Positions 9,003-18,921 of a DNA stretch of 64,000 bases are shown here, piece by piece (position 1 is the stretch's first letter; each line of letters begins with the position of its first letter). The translations under genes were made by a program, and so were the position numbers. The stretch spans positions 576,001-640,000 of the forward strand of contig CAWIAD010000001.1 of NCBI GenBank assembly GCA_963833985.1, in the 5' to 3' direction. Source of the stretch: an uncultured Planctomycetaceae bacterium (GTDB lineage: Bacteria; Planctomycetota; Planctomycetia; Isosphaerales; Isosphaeraceae). Under the pieces are notes generated by a model. That model searched no databases and was not told the DNA's origin. It saw only the letters and a list, made by a program, of their open reading frames with translations.

Positions 9003-11400
9003 TCACCGCGCGGACCGAAGTGAGCTCCGCGCGGCCGGTTTGCGGTTGAGCCGCTGGTAGGCCGAGGCGCCTTCGGTGATCACCAACGACTGGTCGGCGG
9101 CGACGTCGTGGAAGGTCTGACGGGTGCCGCTGGTCGGCCATTCGATGGTCAGCGACCTGACGAGCGTGACGCTGCCCAGCCCAAACCAGGCAGCCAGGCT
9201 GTTGCCGCCGAAGCTGGAACCCGCGCTGATCTGGCGATGGATCGACCGGGCCGGCAGATCGTCCGCGGGACCGAGATCGACCCTGAGCCTGGCCCCGAGC
9301 CCCGCGCGGTTGGTGCGCGTGCCCACCAGCCGGACCTCCAGCCAGTGCCGGCCGTTGCCCGGGTTCTGGAACAGGAGGTTGAACGCCCTGTCGCCGGGCG
9401 TGGCTCCTCCCGTCGCGACCAGCAAGTCCAGGTCACCATCGGCGTCGTAATCGGCGAACGACACTCCGTGGCCCTTCTGGAGATGGCCGGTGCCGCTGGG
9501 CACGGTGACATCGTCGAACCGGAATCCCGCGTTACTCAGGAGCATGACGTTGGGAACGAGCGCCGAGTACTGCGGGCGGCCAGTAGCGAGATAAAGATCC
9601 AGAAAGCCGTCATTATCGATGTCGCCGTAGTTCGCGCCCATCGGCAGCCAGACGTGCCCGAGGCCGGCCAGCGCGCTGGCCTCCTCGAACTTGCCATGGC
9701 CCAGGTTCCGGTACAGCCGCGGCCAGTTGTCGAACGAGGCCGACGAGCGGCCGGCCACGTCGGCGATCACGTCCTGCATGAGCGCGAAGGAGCCGTTGAC
9801 GTAGATGTCCATCCGGCCATCGTTGTCGTAGTCCCAGAACCAGCAGGCGAATCCGTCCGCGGGGGCGGTGAGCAGTAGCTCCAGGGCGACGTCGGTGAAT
9901 GTTCCATCGCCGTTATTGTGGTACAGCCTGTGGCCCGTGCCGCGGTTGCTGACGAACAGGTCGGGCCGGCTGTCATCGTCGTAATCGCCCCACACGGCTC
10001 CCTGCGCCCAGCGCTCGTTGCGCACGCCGGCCCGCTCGGCGACATCGGTGAATGTGCCGTCGCGGTTGTTGTGGTAAAGCCGGCTGAGGTTGCGGGCGTC
10101 CACCGCGCGCGGGCTGGGGTTGGCATCGGCCACGCGGTGATCCTCGACGGGGTAATACTCGCCGGCCACATAGAGGTCAACAAAACCGTCGTTGTCGTAA
10201 TCGCTCCAGGCGGCGGACTTGGTGGCGATGGGCACGCCCAGGCCGTTGGCCTTCGTGACGTCCTCGAACCGGCCGTCGCCCAGATTGTGCAGGAGCGCCA
10301 GAGGGTACGGGTCTTCCCAGCCTCCGCGGAGAATCAGGAGGTCCAGCCGGCCGTCGTTGTCGTAGTCGGCGTGCGTCAGGTTCAGTGCCATCGGCTGGGC
10401 GTCGAGTCCGGAGGACACCGAACGGTCCTCGAACGTTCCGTCACCCCGGTTCAGGAAGAAAGAGCGCCGCGGTCCCAGTCGGTCGATGTGGTGACGATGT
10501 CGGGCCAGCCGTCGCCGTTGAAGTCGTCGAAGACCGAGCCGCCGGACATGTTCGGTCCGCGCACGTCGAGCCCGGCCTGGGCCGCGACGTTGCGGAAGCG
10601 GCCGATCCTGGCGTGAGCCGGGGCAGGCCCGGCGCGGATCAGGAAAGGCCGCGGTACCTGGTCCGGGTACTCACCCAGCGTCATCGCGGTGATGTTCAGC
10701 AGCCAGCGCACGCCCAGGTCATCGGGCCGCTCACGGAGGTATTCCAGGAAGTAGCCCTGTGCGGCCCGCGAGCCGTCCGGGCGGGTGTGCACGGCATCGG
10801 CCGCAAGCGGATAGATGCAGCTCGACGGTCCCACGCAGGCGATGCAGTTGTCGGTCTCGCCGCGGCGCAGGGCCGCGACGCCGCGCAGGGCCACCAGGTT
10901 GGCCACCAGTCCGGCAGGCATGCCGGGCGCCCTGGCCGCATCGATCGCACGCGCAATCCAGGCATCGGCCTCGGCAAACCGGCCTTCGTACATGTGCAGC
11001 AGCGCGATGTAGGTCTGGATTCGGGAGACCTGCTGGGCGTCACCCGCCGCGCCAGCCTGCTGCAATGATTGCAGCTTCGCCTTGAGGTCGGCAATTCCTC
11101 GTTCCGACCGCCCGCGTACCGCGGCCAGGCACTGGGCCAGCGAGGCACGGTCGGCAATCGGCGCCGTGTAGGGATACGCCAGGTTGTACCCACTGTCATC
11201 CAGAAAACGCTGGCTGAAAAGTGGTGCCGCGGGTGCAGGCGCCAGGGCCGGTTCAGGCTCCCGCGACGCCAGGCCCTGGCGCAGGCGCTGGCCCGCGCGG
11301 ACGGCACGCGCCCGGGTGCAAACAGGGTGCGGGCCAGCAGCAGGCCAGACGCCAGGAGACCCACACCGATCAGAAGGGAAAAAGCCGCGAATCTCGACAT
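9003..11400 (-). CDS. CRTAC1/ASPIC-UnbV family protein with FG-GAP repeats and TPR (frameshifts near 11295 and 10462)
   Basis: Repeated DYDNDG-x-LDL and LYHNNGDGTFTDV motifs, GHLQKGHG, C-terminal UnbV (NRAGLGARL...WPTSG); pieced together from three ORFs. Confidence 0.8.
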
Positions 11401-11551
11401 TCGACCGGATCAACCAGGAAGAAGTTGCCGCGCGGGTCAGCCGCCCATGCTGCTGAGTTTAGCGGTATGCAAACCATCCATGCCAGGAGTTTATCGATCC
11501 GCGGCGAAGCGCTGCGCCGGTCGGGCAGGTGGCGGCCGTTCCATGGTGCGC

Positions 11552-12941
11552 TCAGGGCATGGGAACATCCGAGAACGAGAACGGTACGTCGATCGTGGTC
11601 TCGGTGAGCCGGTAGTAGCGGAGTTCCTTCGGCTCGGCGCCGGGGGCGGCAACCAGCGTCAGCGTCATCCGCGACGATTCCATGTCGGTGCGGGTCTGGA
11701 ACCAGGTGACAAGGTGACCGCGCGAGTCCAGGATCTCGATGTTCTGCTGGTGCGCTTCGGACCGGGAACTCAGCTCGGTGAGGGAATCGGGATCGGCGTT
11801 GGGGAGGCCGCCGGTCCGGCCCTCGCGGACTGCCAGCTCCAGTTGCCACTGGTGCGTGTTGGGATCGCCGCGAACCTCGTTGATCAGCAGATGAATGTCG
11901 CCGCTGGAGAACGACTTGCCCGCCGCGGTCGCCAGCGGGACGACAAGCGGGTCGGGATGTCTGGCGACGACCCTGAGAGGCACCGTACCGCGCAGGACCT
12001 TGATGGTCCGGCCAGGGGCTTCCGGCCGATTCAGCGGAGCACGGATGTGCACAACCGAGCTGCATGTCGCGCCCAGGACGTCCGTCGCCTGGCCCATCAT
12101 GGGCATTTCGGGAAGCGCCATCCGCAAGGAGTTGCCGAGGTCGTCGCGAGCCTCCAGGAGCTGGAGCGGTCCGGCCTGGCTGAGCGCCAGGCGGGGCTCG
12201 GCGGTCACCTGGAGCTGAACCGAGCAGCGCACGCTGGCGATGGGCCGGGGCAGTTGCGGCACCGCGTCGAGCCGCTGTGCGGGACGCGCCGGCTGGCGGA
12301 TTGCCGTGCATCCGCGGCAAGGCCGGGGCGAAACCGACATGGCGCTGGAATTCCAGGTCCACCAGGTGGACGCGGAACGGGCCGTGATCCGAGACCGGAT
12401 GAACCGGTATGGGGGTCCTGTCCGAGAGCGCGAGCGTCGGCTGGCTGCGCGCGGCGATGCCCCGGTACTCCAGATCGCTCTGGAGCCCGGCCGCGGTGCA
12501 GAGGCGGTCGATCGCTTTCCAGAACGGCAGCGGAGCGGAATCGTGCAGGCTGATCCGCTCACGCTTCCACCGGGGCATGAGCTCGGGCACCAGCGTGATC
12601 CTCATGCCCGACTGCTGCCCCAGAGCCGCCACCACCTCGGCCAGCGTCGCGTTCTCGAAGTTCAGCCGGACCATCGTCGGACTGGTGAGCAAGACGCCTT
12701 CAATCCTTTGCAGGAGCGCCCCGGCGCGGGTGCGAACTTCCATGTCACGCGAGGTCTCGGCCGCCTGGAGGGCTGGAATGGCCCGGCGCTGGAGCCCGAG
12801 AAGGGCGCGCGTTGCGGCTTCGCGGTCGGCGTAGCGGGGTGCGCCAAGCTGCTCGACCAGAGACTGTGGATCCGCCGGCGAGGCAGGGGCCGGGGCTTGA
12901 GCCGCGAGTTGCAACGCCAGCAGTAGACTCACACCAAGCAT
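11552..12941 (-). CDS. Secreted hypothetical protein with N-terminal HEAT-like repeat (frameshift near 12300)
   Basis: Signal peptide MLGVSLLLALQLAAQA, LVEQLGAPRYADREAA; continues into ORF 11552..12562 ending VPFSFSDVPMP. Confidence 0.65.
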
Positions 12942-13323
12942 TTCGAACCTCGCTTGCTCTGGCTCGCCGGAGACGATGCACGTGCCCGCGCTTTCGAACT
13001 CAAAGTTCGTCCAGCAGAAGAAGTAATCCATCATAGCCGATCGCGCCCATCTGTCCACCGGCCTCAGCTCGTTCGGGCCGGAAAAGACCGTGGCCCCGCT
13101 CCGGTCCGCGCACGATTCAGCGCGTTGCCGGAACGGCCGTTCGCGCGCGATCGGTGATCGTGCCGCAACAACCCGATCGATCGCCAGTGCGCCGTTCCAG
13201 AATTGCCGTGGACTGTTGATCTTGCCCCGTGACGCCGGTCGATCTTTCTGGTATGATGATCTGGGCGGGGAGAAACCGGGTTCAGGCAGCGCCGTCTCGG
13301 CCGGCTCGAGGCCAGGGAGAGCA

Positions 13324-14220
13324 ATGATGGTTCGATCCGGGACCTCGACATCCTGGTTGCGGAAGGCATGGGCACCGGCCATGGTGATGGTGCCTGTTCT
13401 TCTGACCTTGCCGGCGACAACGACTTTCGGCCAGGGGTTCGGCTACAGTGCGGATCCCTACCAGCCCTACAATTTTCAGTACGCTCCGTTCATCACGCCG
13501 CTCGCCCCGGGCCCCTTCGACGCTGGCTTCAACAACGGAATGGCCAGGGGAATCCGCGGCGCCAACCAGTTCGAGGAGTACCTCAACTCGTTGCAGACGA
13601 GCGTGTCCGGTGCGCGTGCCGGCGGCGCGGGGGTGGGCGTCCGGCACGACCAGCCCAACCGGGCCTACGACCGGGAATTCGGCCGCATCTACCAGCCCAA
13701 TCGGCTGGCCGACCAGCAATTCGATGCCGGCCAGACGAGCTTGAACCAGCTTTATTTTGAGTACCTCCGCGAGAAGGACCCGAGGAAGCGGGCCGAGCTG
13801 TTCCGGAACTATTCCCGGGCCCGCAGCCGGGTCGATCGGGCACTCTCCGCTCCGCGCGGAGCTACCGGCGCACGGGCAGGCACCAGGCCGGCACGGGGAA
13901 CCGCGGCCGGCGGCACCGCGGCCGGCAGGGCTTCTGAAGCCGCCGACCGCGACATGCTGGCGACTCCGCCACCGGTCACCCCGGACACGTCCCGCGCGCG
14001 GTCCCGCTCCGGCCGCACTTCCGGCGCACCGTCGCTCGGGCCGGCTCCGCCCATCAGCGGTGGGCGCGGGCTGAACTCCCCGGGAGATCTGACGCCTTCG
14101 CAGGTGCTCGATCGGGCGGCGCGCTCGGAGCGGTCCAGGCTTGCTCCCCGTCCGCGTGGGCCCGGTACAAATTCCGGATCCGGAAGAAATTCGACGAGCC
14201 CGCCGCCACCCTCCCCGTGA
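13324..14220 (+). CDS. Hypothetical exported, largely disordered Pro/Gly/Arg-rich protein
   Basis: GGAG RBS, signal-like N-terminus, coherent high-GC3 ORF. Confidence 0.6.
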   Translation: MMVRSGTSTSWLRKAWAPAMVMVPVLLTLPATTTFGQGFGYSADPYQPYNFQYAPFITPLAPGPFDAGFNNGMARGIRGANQFEEYLNSLQTSVSGARAGGAGVGVRHDQPNRAYDREFGRIYQPNRLADQQFDAGQTSLNQLYFEYLREKDPRKRAELFRNYSRARSRVDRALSAPRGATGARAGTRPARGTAAGGTAAGRASEAADRDMLATPPPVTPDTSRARSRSGRTSGAPSLGPAPPISGGRGLNSPGDLTPSQVLDRAARSERSRLAPRPRGPGTNSGSGRNSTSPPPPSP

Positions 14221-14295
14221 GTCTCTCCGCAGGATTCAGACGTCCAAAGCTGCCTCCGGCGGCCTTCAACCATGGTGCCCCACACCGCTAGCTCG

Positions 14296-14323
14296 TTGAC
14301 GGGGAGCGCTGGATTTCTAAAAT
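14296..14323 (+). promoter_or_regulatory. Putative sigma70 promoter of nuo operon
   Basis: TTGACG-N16-TAAAAT. Confidence 0.55.
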
Positions 14324-14412
14324 ACAAACGTCTCACGCGGACCAACCGGCCCTCTTGCCGCGGCTGACATGCCCCAGCATTGAACGGTTCGTCTGACGTC
14401 CATCCTTTTTGC

Positions 14413-14440
14413 AGCCCGGCGGATTGCTGGGTCTTTTTTT
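14413..14440 (+). terminator. Rho-independent terminator-like hairpin upstream of nuoA
   Basis: GCCCGGC-GGATT-GCTGGGT followed by CTTTTTTT. Confidence 0.45.
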
Positions 14441-14449
14441 GATCCGACT

Positions 14450-14467
14450 TTGTGAAAGCCTTCACAA
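14450..14467. promoter_or_regulatory. Rex operator (NADH/NAD+-sensing repressor site)
   Basis: TTGTGAA-AGCC-TTCACAA is an exact match to the Rex consensus TTGTGAA-N4-TTCACAA, 37 bp upstream of nuoA. Confidence 0.75.
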
Positions 14468-14504
14468 GGAACGCCTCTCAGGCAGATCGGAGCGGCTCGC
14501 GACG

Positions 14505-14930
14505 ATGAGCACGGACTTCACCCCGGTTTTCCTTTTTCTGCTCGTCGCGGTTGCCATCGCCCTGAGCATGCTGATCGGCAGTGCGCTGCTTGGCCCACGA
14601 AAGCTCACCAAGGTCAAGCAGATGCCTTACGAGTCAGGCATGAACCCATTCGGGGACGCCCGGCAACGGTTTGACGTCCGCTACTACCTGATCGCGATTG
14701 TTTTCTTGCTCTTCGACGTTGAGCTGCTCTTTCTTTACCCCTGGGCGGTGGCCCAGTGGAGCCGCGGAACGCCGGCGGCCTTACCAGTCGGCGCGGAGGC
14801 ACCGGTCGTGGTGGCGGGAATACCCGCGGAGTTCCGCAGCCTGGTGTTCTGGGAAATCCAGATCTTCGTGGTGATCCTGGCCGCGGCACTGGCATACGCG
14901 TGGAAGAAAGGGGTGTTTGAATGGCGTTAG
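14505..14930 (+). CDS. nuoA: NADH-quinone oxidoreductase subunit A
   Basis: [39 protein letters not shown]. Confidence 0.97.
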   Translation: MSTDFTPVFLFLLVAVAIALSMLIGSALLGPRKLTKVKQMPYESGMNPFGDARQRFDVRYYLIAIVFLLFDVELLFLYPWAVAQWSRGTPAALPVGAEAPVVVAGIPAEFRSLVFWEIQIFVVILAAALAYAWKKGVFEWR

Positions 14931-15631
14931 CCGCAGGCGACGGCACGGGCGTTCTTCCGGAGGCAGGGCCGGCACCGGCGTCGAGTCTATCCGTGCAGCC
15001 GTCGAGTGCTGTCGAGGTTCCCGAGAACACGATCCTGACCACGGTGGACGCCGTGGTGAACTGGTGCCGGAAGTACAGCCTCTGGCCCATGCCCTTCGCC
15101 ACGGCCTGCTGTGGCATCGAGCTGATGGCGGTGGGGGCGAGCCGGTTCGATATTGCTCGCTTCGGCGCCGAGGTGATGAGATTCTCTCCCCGGCAATGCG
15201 ATCTCATGATCGTCGCCGGACGGGTTGCCATGAAGATGATGCCCGTACTCCAGCGCATCTGGCTTCAGATGCCGGAACCAAAATGGTGCATCAGCATGGG
15301 AGCCTGCGCGTCGACGGGCGGCGTGTTCGACACCTACGCCGTGGTTCAGGGAGTGGACCGGTTCATGCCTGTGGATGTGTATATACCGGGCTGCCCACCC
15401 CGGCCCGAACAGATCCTGCGGGCACTCATCGACCTGCAAGGCAAGATCCAGAAGGGGGGCTCGCTCTTCGGGACCGGCCTGCCGGAGATGGCCGAGCGGC
15501 AGAAGTTTCTCGAAGAGAAACGCAGCGCTCCGGCCGGCTCGGCAGTCTCCCAGGAACGTGGAGATGAGGACCGCTTCGGCTATCGCTTGCCGGGCGGCCC
15601 GGCACGCCTGGGCGTGGAAGAAACTCGCTAA
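14921..15631 (+). CDS. nuoB: NADH-quinone oxidoreductase subunit B
   Basis: [29 protein letters not shown] (N2 cluster ligands). Confidence 0.97.
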   Translation: MALAAGDGTGVLPEAGPAPASSLSVQPSSAVEVPENTILTTVDAVVNWCRKYSLWPMPFATACCGIELMAVGASRFDIARFGAEVMRFSPRQCDLMIVAGRVAMKMMPVLQRIWLQMPEPKWCISMGACASTGGVFDTYAVVQGVDRFMPVDVYIPGCPPRPEQILRALIDLQGKIQKGGSLFGTGLPEMAERQKFLEEKRSAPAGSAVSQERGDEDRFGYRLPGGPARLGVEETR

Positions 15632-15702
15632 TCCTAGGCCACCGGACCGAACCTGACTGGCCCGCCGTTTCCGGGCTCACCGCGACACCGTCGCCATCCT
15701 GG

Positions 15703-16236
15703 ATGACCTGCCCCATGAGCACCACGGCCACACCGCGTTCCCCGGCTCTTGCGAAACTCGCGGAGCACTTTGGCGACGGCGTCTTCAGCACGTCGCGGTT
15801 TCGCGACAACCTGCGGCTCCACGTGCCGGCGGCCCGGCTGATCGAGGTGCTCTCGGCCCTCAGGACGCAGCTCGGCTTCGCGCTGCTGGTGGAGCTGGGT
15901 TGTACCGATTACCTGGGCTACCCCGGCCGGACGCGGGCGCGGTTTGAAGTGCACTACGTCCTGCGCAACCTGGACTCCAACGAGACCATCGTCGTCAAGG
16001 CCGGCGTGGACGACCCCGACCCGGCGCTCCCTTCCGCAATCGGCCTCTGGCCGGGTGCCGACTGGATGGAACGCGAGGTCTTCGACATGTTCGGCATCCG
16101 CTTCCAGGGCCATCCCGACCTGCGGCGGATCCTCATGCCCGAGGAGTTCACGGCCTTTCCGCTGCGCAAGGATTATCCGCTCCGCGGCCGGGGCGAGCGG
16201 CACAATTTCCCGCGCCTGACGCGGAGCGAGTCGTGA
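15703..16236 (+). CDS. nuoC: NADH-quinone oxidoreductase subunit C
   Basis: [26 protein letters not shown]...PLRKDYP. Confidence 0.96.
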   Translation: MTCPMSTTATPRSPALAKLAEHFGDGVFSTSRFRDNLRLHVPAARLIEVLSALRTQLGFALLVELGCTDYLGYPGRTRARFEVHYVLRNLDSNETIVVKAGVDDPDPALPSAIGLWPGADWMEREVFDMFGIRFQGHPDLRRILMPEEFTAFPLRKDYPLRGRGERHNFPRLTRSES

Positions 16237-16306
16237 GGAGTCAGAAGGTGGCAGGAGCCGCGTACGGTTCGCCACCGGCCACTTGCCCCCTGAGGACCGC
16301 CAGACC

Positions 16307-17527
16307 ATGACCGCCCATCTGCTCGACGACCCCGGCGTGGAGGCCGAACCGAAGCAGGCGACCTGGACGCTCAACTTCGGGCCCCAGCACCCTGCGACGC
16401 ACACGACCCTGCGCCTCATCCTCGAGCTCGATGGCGAGCGGATCATCAAGGCCACGCCCGATATCGGCTACCTCCATTCGGGGTTTGAAAAGCTCGGCGA
16501 GCATCTGAACTACAACCAGTACGTGACCATCGCGGACCGCAAGAACTACATCAGCCCGCCCCTCAACGAGGTGGCCTGGCATGGCGCGGTCGAGAAGCTT
16601 CTGGGGATCGAGCTGACCCCGCGCTGCCAGTACATCCGGGTGATCATCTCCGAGCTTGCCCGGATCAGCGACCACCTGCTCTGCACCGGTGCCGCGGCGC
16701 TCGACCTGGGGGCCTTCACCGCCTTCCTTTACGCGTTCAATTTGCGCGAGCAGATCTACGACATCTACGAGGAGATGTCCGGCTATCGCTTCCACCCGGG
16801 TTACACCCGCGTCGGCGGCGTCATGCAGGACTTCAACCAGCGCGTGCTGGATCGGATCGGCAAGTTCCAGGGGAATTTCCCGAGCGTGTACGCCGATGTC
16901 GAGAAGCTCCTGTTCCGGAACCGGATCTTCCTGGACCGCCTGCGGGACGTGGGCCGGCTGACAAGGGACGAGGCGATCGCTCTGTCGTGCACCGGGCCGA
17001 TCGCGCGGGCCAGCGGCGTGACCTACGACCTGCGCAAGGATCAGCCCTACCTGGCCTATCCGGACTTCGATTTCTCCGTCCCGTACACGACCGAAGGCGA
17101 TTGCTGGGCCCGGTTCATCGTCCGCATGGAAGAGATGCGGCAAAGCCACCGCATCATCGATCAGGCCCTGCGCGGGCTTCCCTCCGGCCCGGTGAACGTA
17201 CCGATCGCCGAGAAGCTCCCCTTACCCGACAAGCTCACCGCCTACAACAGCATGGAAGGCCTGATCCAGCACTTCGAGCTGATCATGCCGAACCGGGGCT
17301 TCGAGACGCCGCGCGACGAGGTTTACGCCTCCATCGAGAGCTCCAATGGCGAGCTGGGCTACTACCTGGTGGCCGACGGCGGCGAGTTCGCGTGGCGCGT
17401 GCGGACCCGGCCGCCATCGTTCATCCACTTTGCGATCTTTCCGCACATCATCAAGGACCATCTGCTGGCCGACGTGGTGGCGGTGCTCGGGAGCCTGAAC
17501 ATCATCGCGGCCGAGCTCGACCGCTAA
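16307..17527 (+). CDS. nuoD: NADH-quinone oxidoreductase subunit D
   Basis: NFGPQHPATH, GYLHSGFEK, C-terminal GSLNIIAAELDR. Confidence 0.97.
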   Translation: MTAHLLDDPGVEAEPKQATWTLNFGPQHPATHTTLRLILELDGERIIKATPDIGYLHSGFEKLGEHLNYNQYVTIADRKNYISPPLNEVAWHGAVEKLLGIELTPRCQYIRVIISELARISDHLLCTGAAALDLGAFTAFLYAFNLREQIYDIYEEMSGYRFHPGYTRVGGVMQDFNQRVLDRIGKFQGNFPSVYADVEKLLFRNRIFLDRLRDVGRLTRDEAIALSCTGPIARASGVTYDLRKDQPYLAYPDFDFSVPYTTEGDCWARFIVRMEEMRQSHRIIDQALRGLPSGPVNVPIAEKLPLPDKLTAYNSMEGLIQHFELIMPNRGFETPRDEVYASIESSNGELGYYLVADGGEFAWRVRTRPPSFIHFAIFPHIIKDHLLADVVAVLGSLNIIAAELDR

Positions 17528-17588
17528 CCTGGCCGGAATCATGGAGAACTGAAGCTCAACCGAGACTCCAGCGAAGGAAGAGCCTGCG

Positions 17589-18118
17589 ATGCCAGCCGAC
17601 GTCACTACCGTTTCCAGGTTACGCATGCCGATCTTGAGCGAGTCGCTCAGGGAGCGGATCCGCGCCCTCTTTCCGCGCTATCCCAGCAAGCGCGCGGTGA
17701 CGCTGCCGGCCCTGCACATCGTTCAGGAGCACCTGCGGTGCGTGCCCTACCAGGCCATGGCCGAGATCGCCGAGCTGCTGGAGATCACGCCGGCCGAAGT
17801 GCACGACACCATGAGCTTCTACGGCTTCTTCTCGCAGGCGCCCTGGGGGAGGTCCGGGTCTGGATCTGCCGCTCGATCTCGTGCATGCTGCGCGGGGGCG
17901 ATGAGCTGCTGGAACACGCCTGCAAGCGGCTCCATGTGGAGCCGGGGGAAACATCCTCCGACGGCAAGCTGACGCTCGAGTACGCCGAGTGCCTGGGCAT
18001 CTGCGACCATGCCCCGGCCGCCCTGGCTGACGACGGCCGGGTCTTCGGCCCGCTCGACGAGGCCGGGGTGGACGCCATGCTCGAGGAAGTTCGAGGCATG
18101 TCCTCGAGCCAAAAGTAG
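17589..18118 (+). CDS. nuoE: NADH-quinone oxidoreductase subunit E (frameshift near 17843)
   Basis: RYPSKRAVTLPALHIVQ...SFYGFF, then CRSISCMLRG...ECLGICD (2Fe-2S ligands) in the next frame. Confidence 0.92.
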
Positions 18119-18128
18119 ACATTACCAT

Positions 18129-18144
18129 AATTTCATATGAAATT
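18129..18144. promoter_or_regulatory. Perfect 16-bp palindrome, candidate operator of the inserted cassette
   Basis: AATTTCATATGAAATT; a degenerate second copy lies at about 18269-18287. Confidence 0.4.
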
Positions 18145-18169
18145 TGCAGAGACTTAGAGTTAGCAAGTC

Positions 18170-18283
18170 ATGGCGTGGTCTAACCCCAATACCCTTGAAA
18201 TAGCGTTAACGAAAAGGGGCAAGCGGCTTGCGACAAACTTGTTCCCCGCTCTGCGTGGGAACGAGGGAAATTTCATTATATGA
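18170..18283 (+). pseudogene. 37-aa stub carrying the same 5' end (MAWSNP) as the DUF3990 gene
   Basis: GAGACTTAGAGT...ATGGCGTGGTCTAA is repeated at about 18149-18183 and 18394-18428; the stub translates as MAWSNPNTLEIALTKRGKRLATNLFPALRGNEGNFII*. Confidence 0.5.
18241..18262. repeat. REP-like palindrome
   Basis: GTTCCC-CGC-TCT-GCG-TGGGAAC hairpin. Confidence 0.55.
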
Positions 18284-18289
18284 ACTTTC

Positions 18290-18393
18290 TAAATAGCTCC
18301 CCGTAAGAGGGAAAGTGTGGAACGGCCGCCCTCGGCCGTCCTGAGCCAGCCGAGGGCGGCTGGCCCACATTCCAAGAGGCGAGGATCTATTTA
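18290..18393. mobile_element. ~100-bp palindromic MITE/REP-like element, copy 2, with TA target duplication
   Basis: TA-AATAGCTCCCCG...CGAGGATCTATT-TA (10/12 terminal inverted repeat). Removing it restores a sequence colinear with the uninterrupted leader at about 18129-18183. Confidence 0.82.
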
Positions 18394-18414
18394 GAGACTT
18401 AGAGTCGGCAATTA

Positions 18415-18921
18415 ATGGCGTGGTCTAATCCGGACATACGACTTTATCATGGCACTGTGGAAGATCATGTTCCGTCGATCCTCGCAGCGGTAGATCTTGA
18501 TTATCGACTGGTCCGTGGTGGGAGTGATTTCGGGCGGGGCTTCTACACGACCACCTCGGAACACCAGGCGCGCAAATGGGGAGAAACGCTCTCGTTGCAG
18601 AATCGCTATTACGGAACATCATCCGCCGTTGTTTGGTTTCAGATAACACGTGATGCCATCTCGGAACTGGACACCTTGTGGTTCGTCCGGGGAGATTCAG
18701 GCAATGACGACTACTGGCAGCTCGTTCAGCATTTTCGGTCTGTTCCCCGAGGCGTGGATCATTGCCGACCGGGTGGCTCCCCCTGGTATGATGTCGCCGT
18801 TGGGCCGCTGTCAAGGTTCTGGAAGAGGCGCGAGATCATCAGCGAGTCGGACCAGGTCAGTTTCCACACGGATCGGGCCATCGGATTGTTGAATTCGGCG
18901 ACGAAGGGCCGCTTATCATGA
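18415..18921 (+). CDS. DUF3990-like protein (predicted ADP-ribosyltransferase fold), putative toxin
   Basis: LYHGT...DFGRGFYTT...QA..W...YDVAVGP...DQVSFHT..A..LL pattern; visibly lower GC than the nuo genes. Confidence 0.8.
   Translation: MAWSNPDIRLYHGTVEDHVPSILAAVDLDYRLVRGGSDFGRGFYTTTSEHQARKWGETLSLQNRYYGTSSAVVWFQITRDAISELDTLWFVRGDSGNDDYWQLVQHFRSVPRGVDHCRPGGSPWYDVAVGPLSRFWKRREIISESDQVSFHTDRAIGLLNSATKGRLS

Noticed and set aside
11468..11485. Possible sigma54 box upstream of the UnbV gene (TGGCATGGATGGTTTGCA, minus strand)
   Set aside because: GG-to-GC spacing is 12, not the required 10.
8838..18393. Two 100-bp repeats as CRISPR repeats or ends of a composite transposon
   Set aside because: Only two copies 9.4 kb apart, no spacers, cas or transposase genes; each has its own TA flanks and the enclosed DNA includes native nuoA-E.
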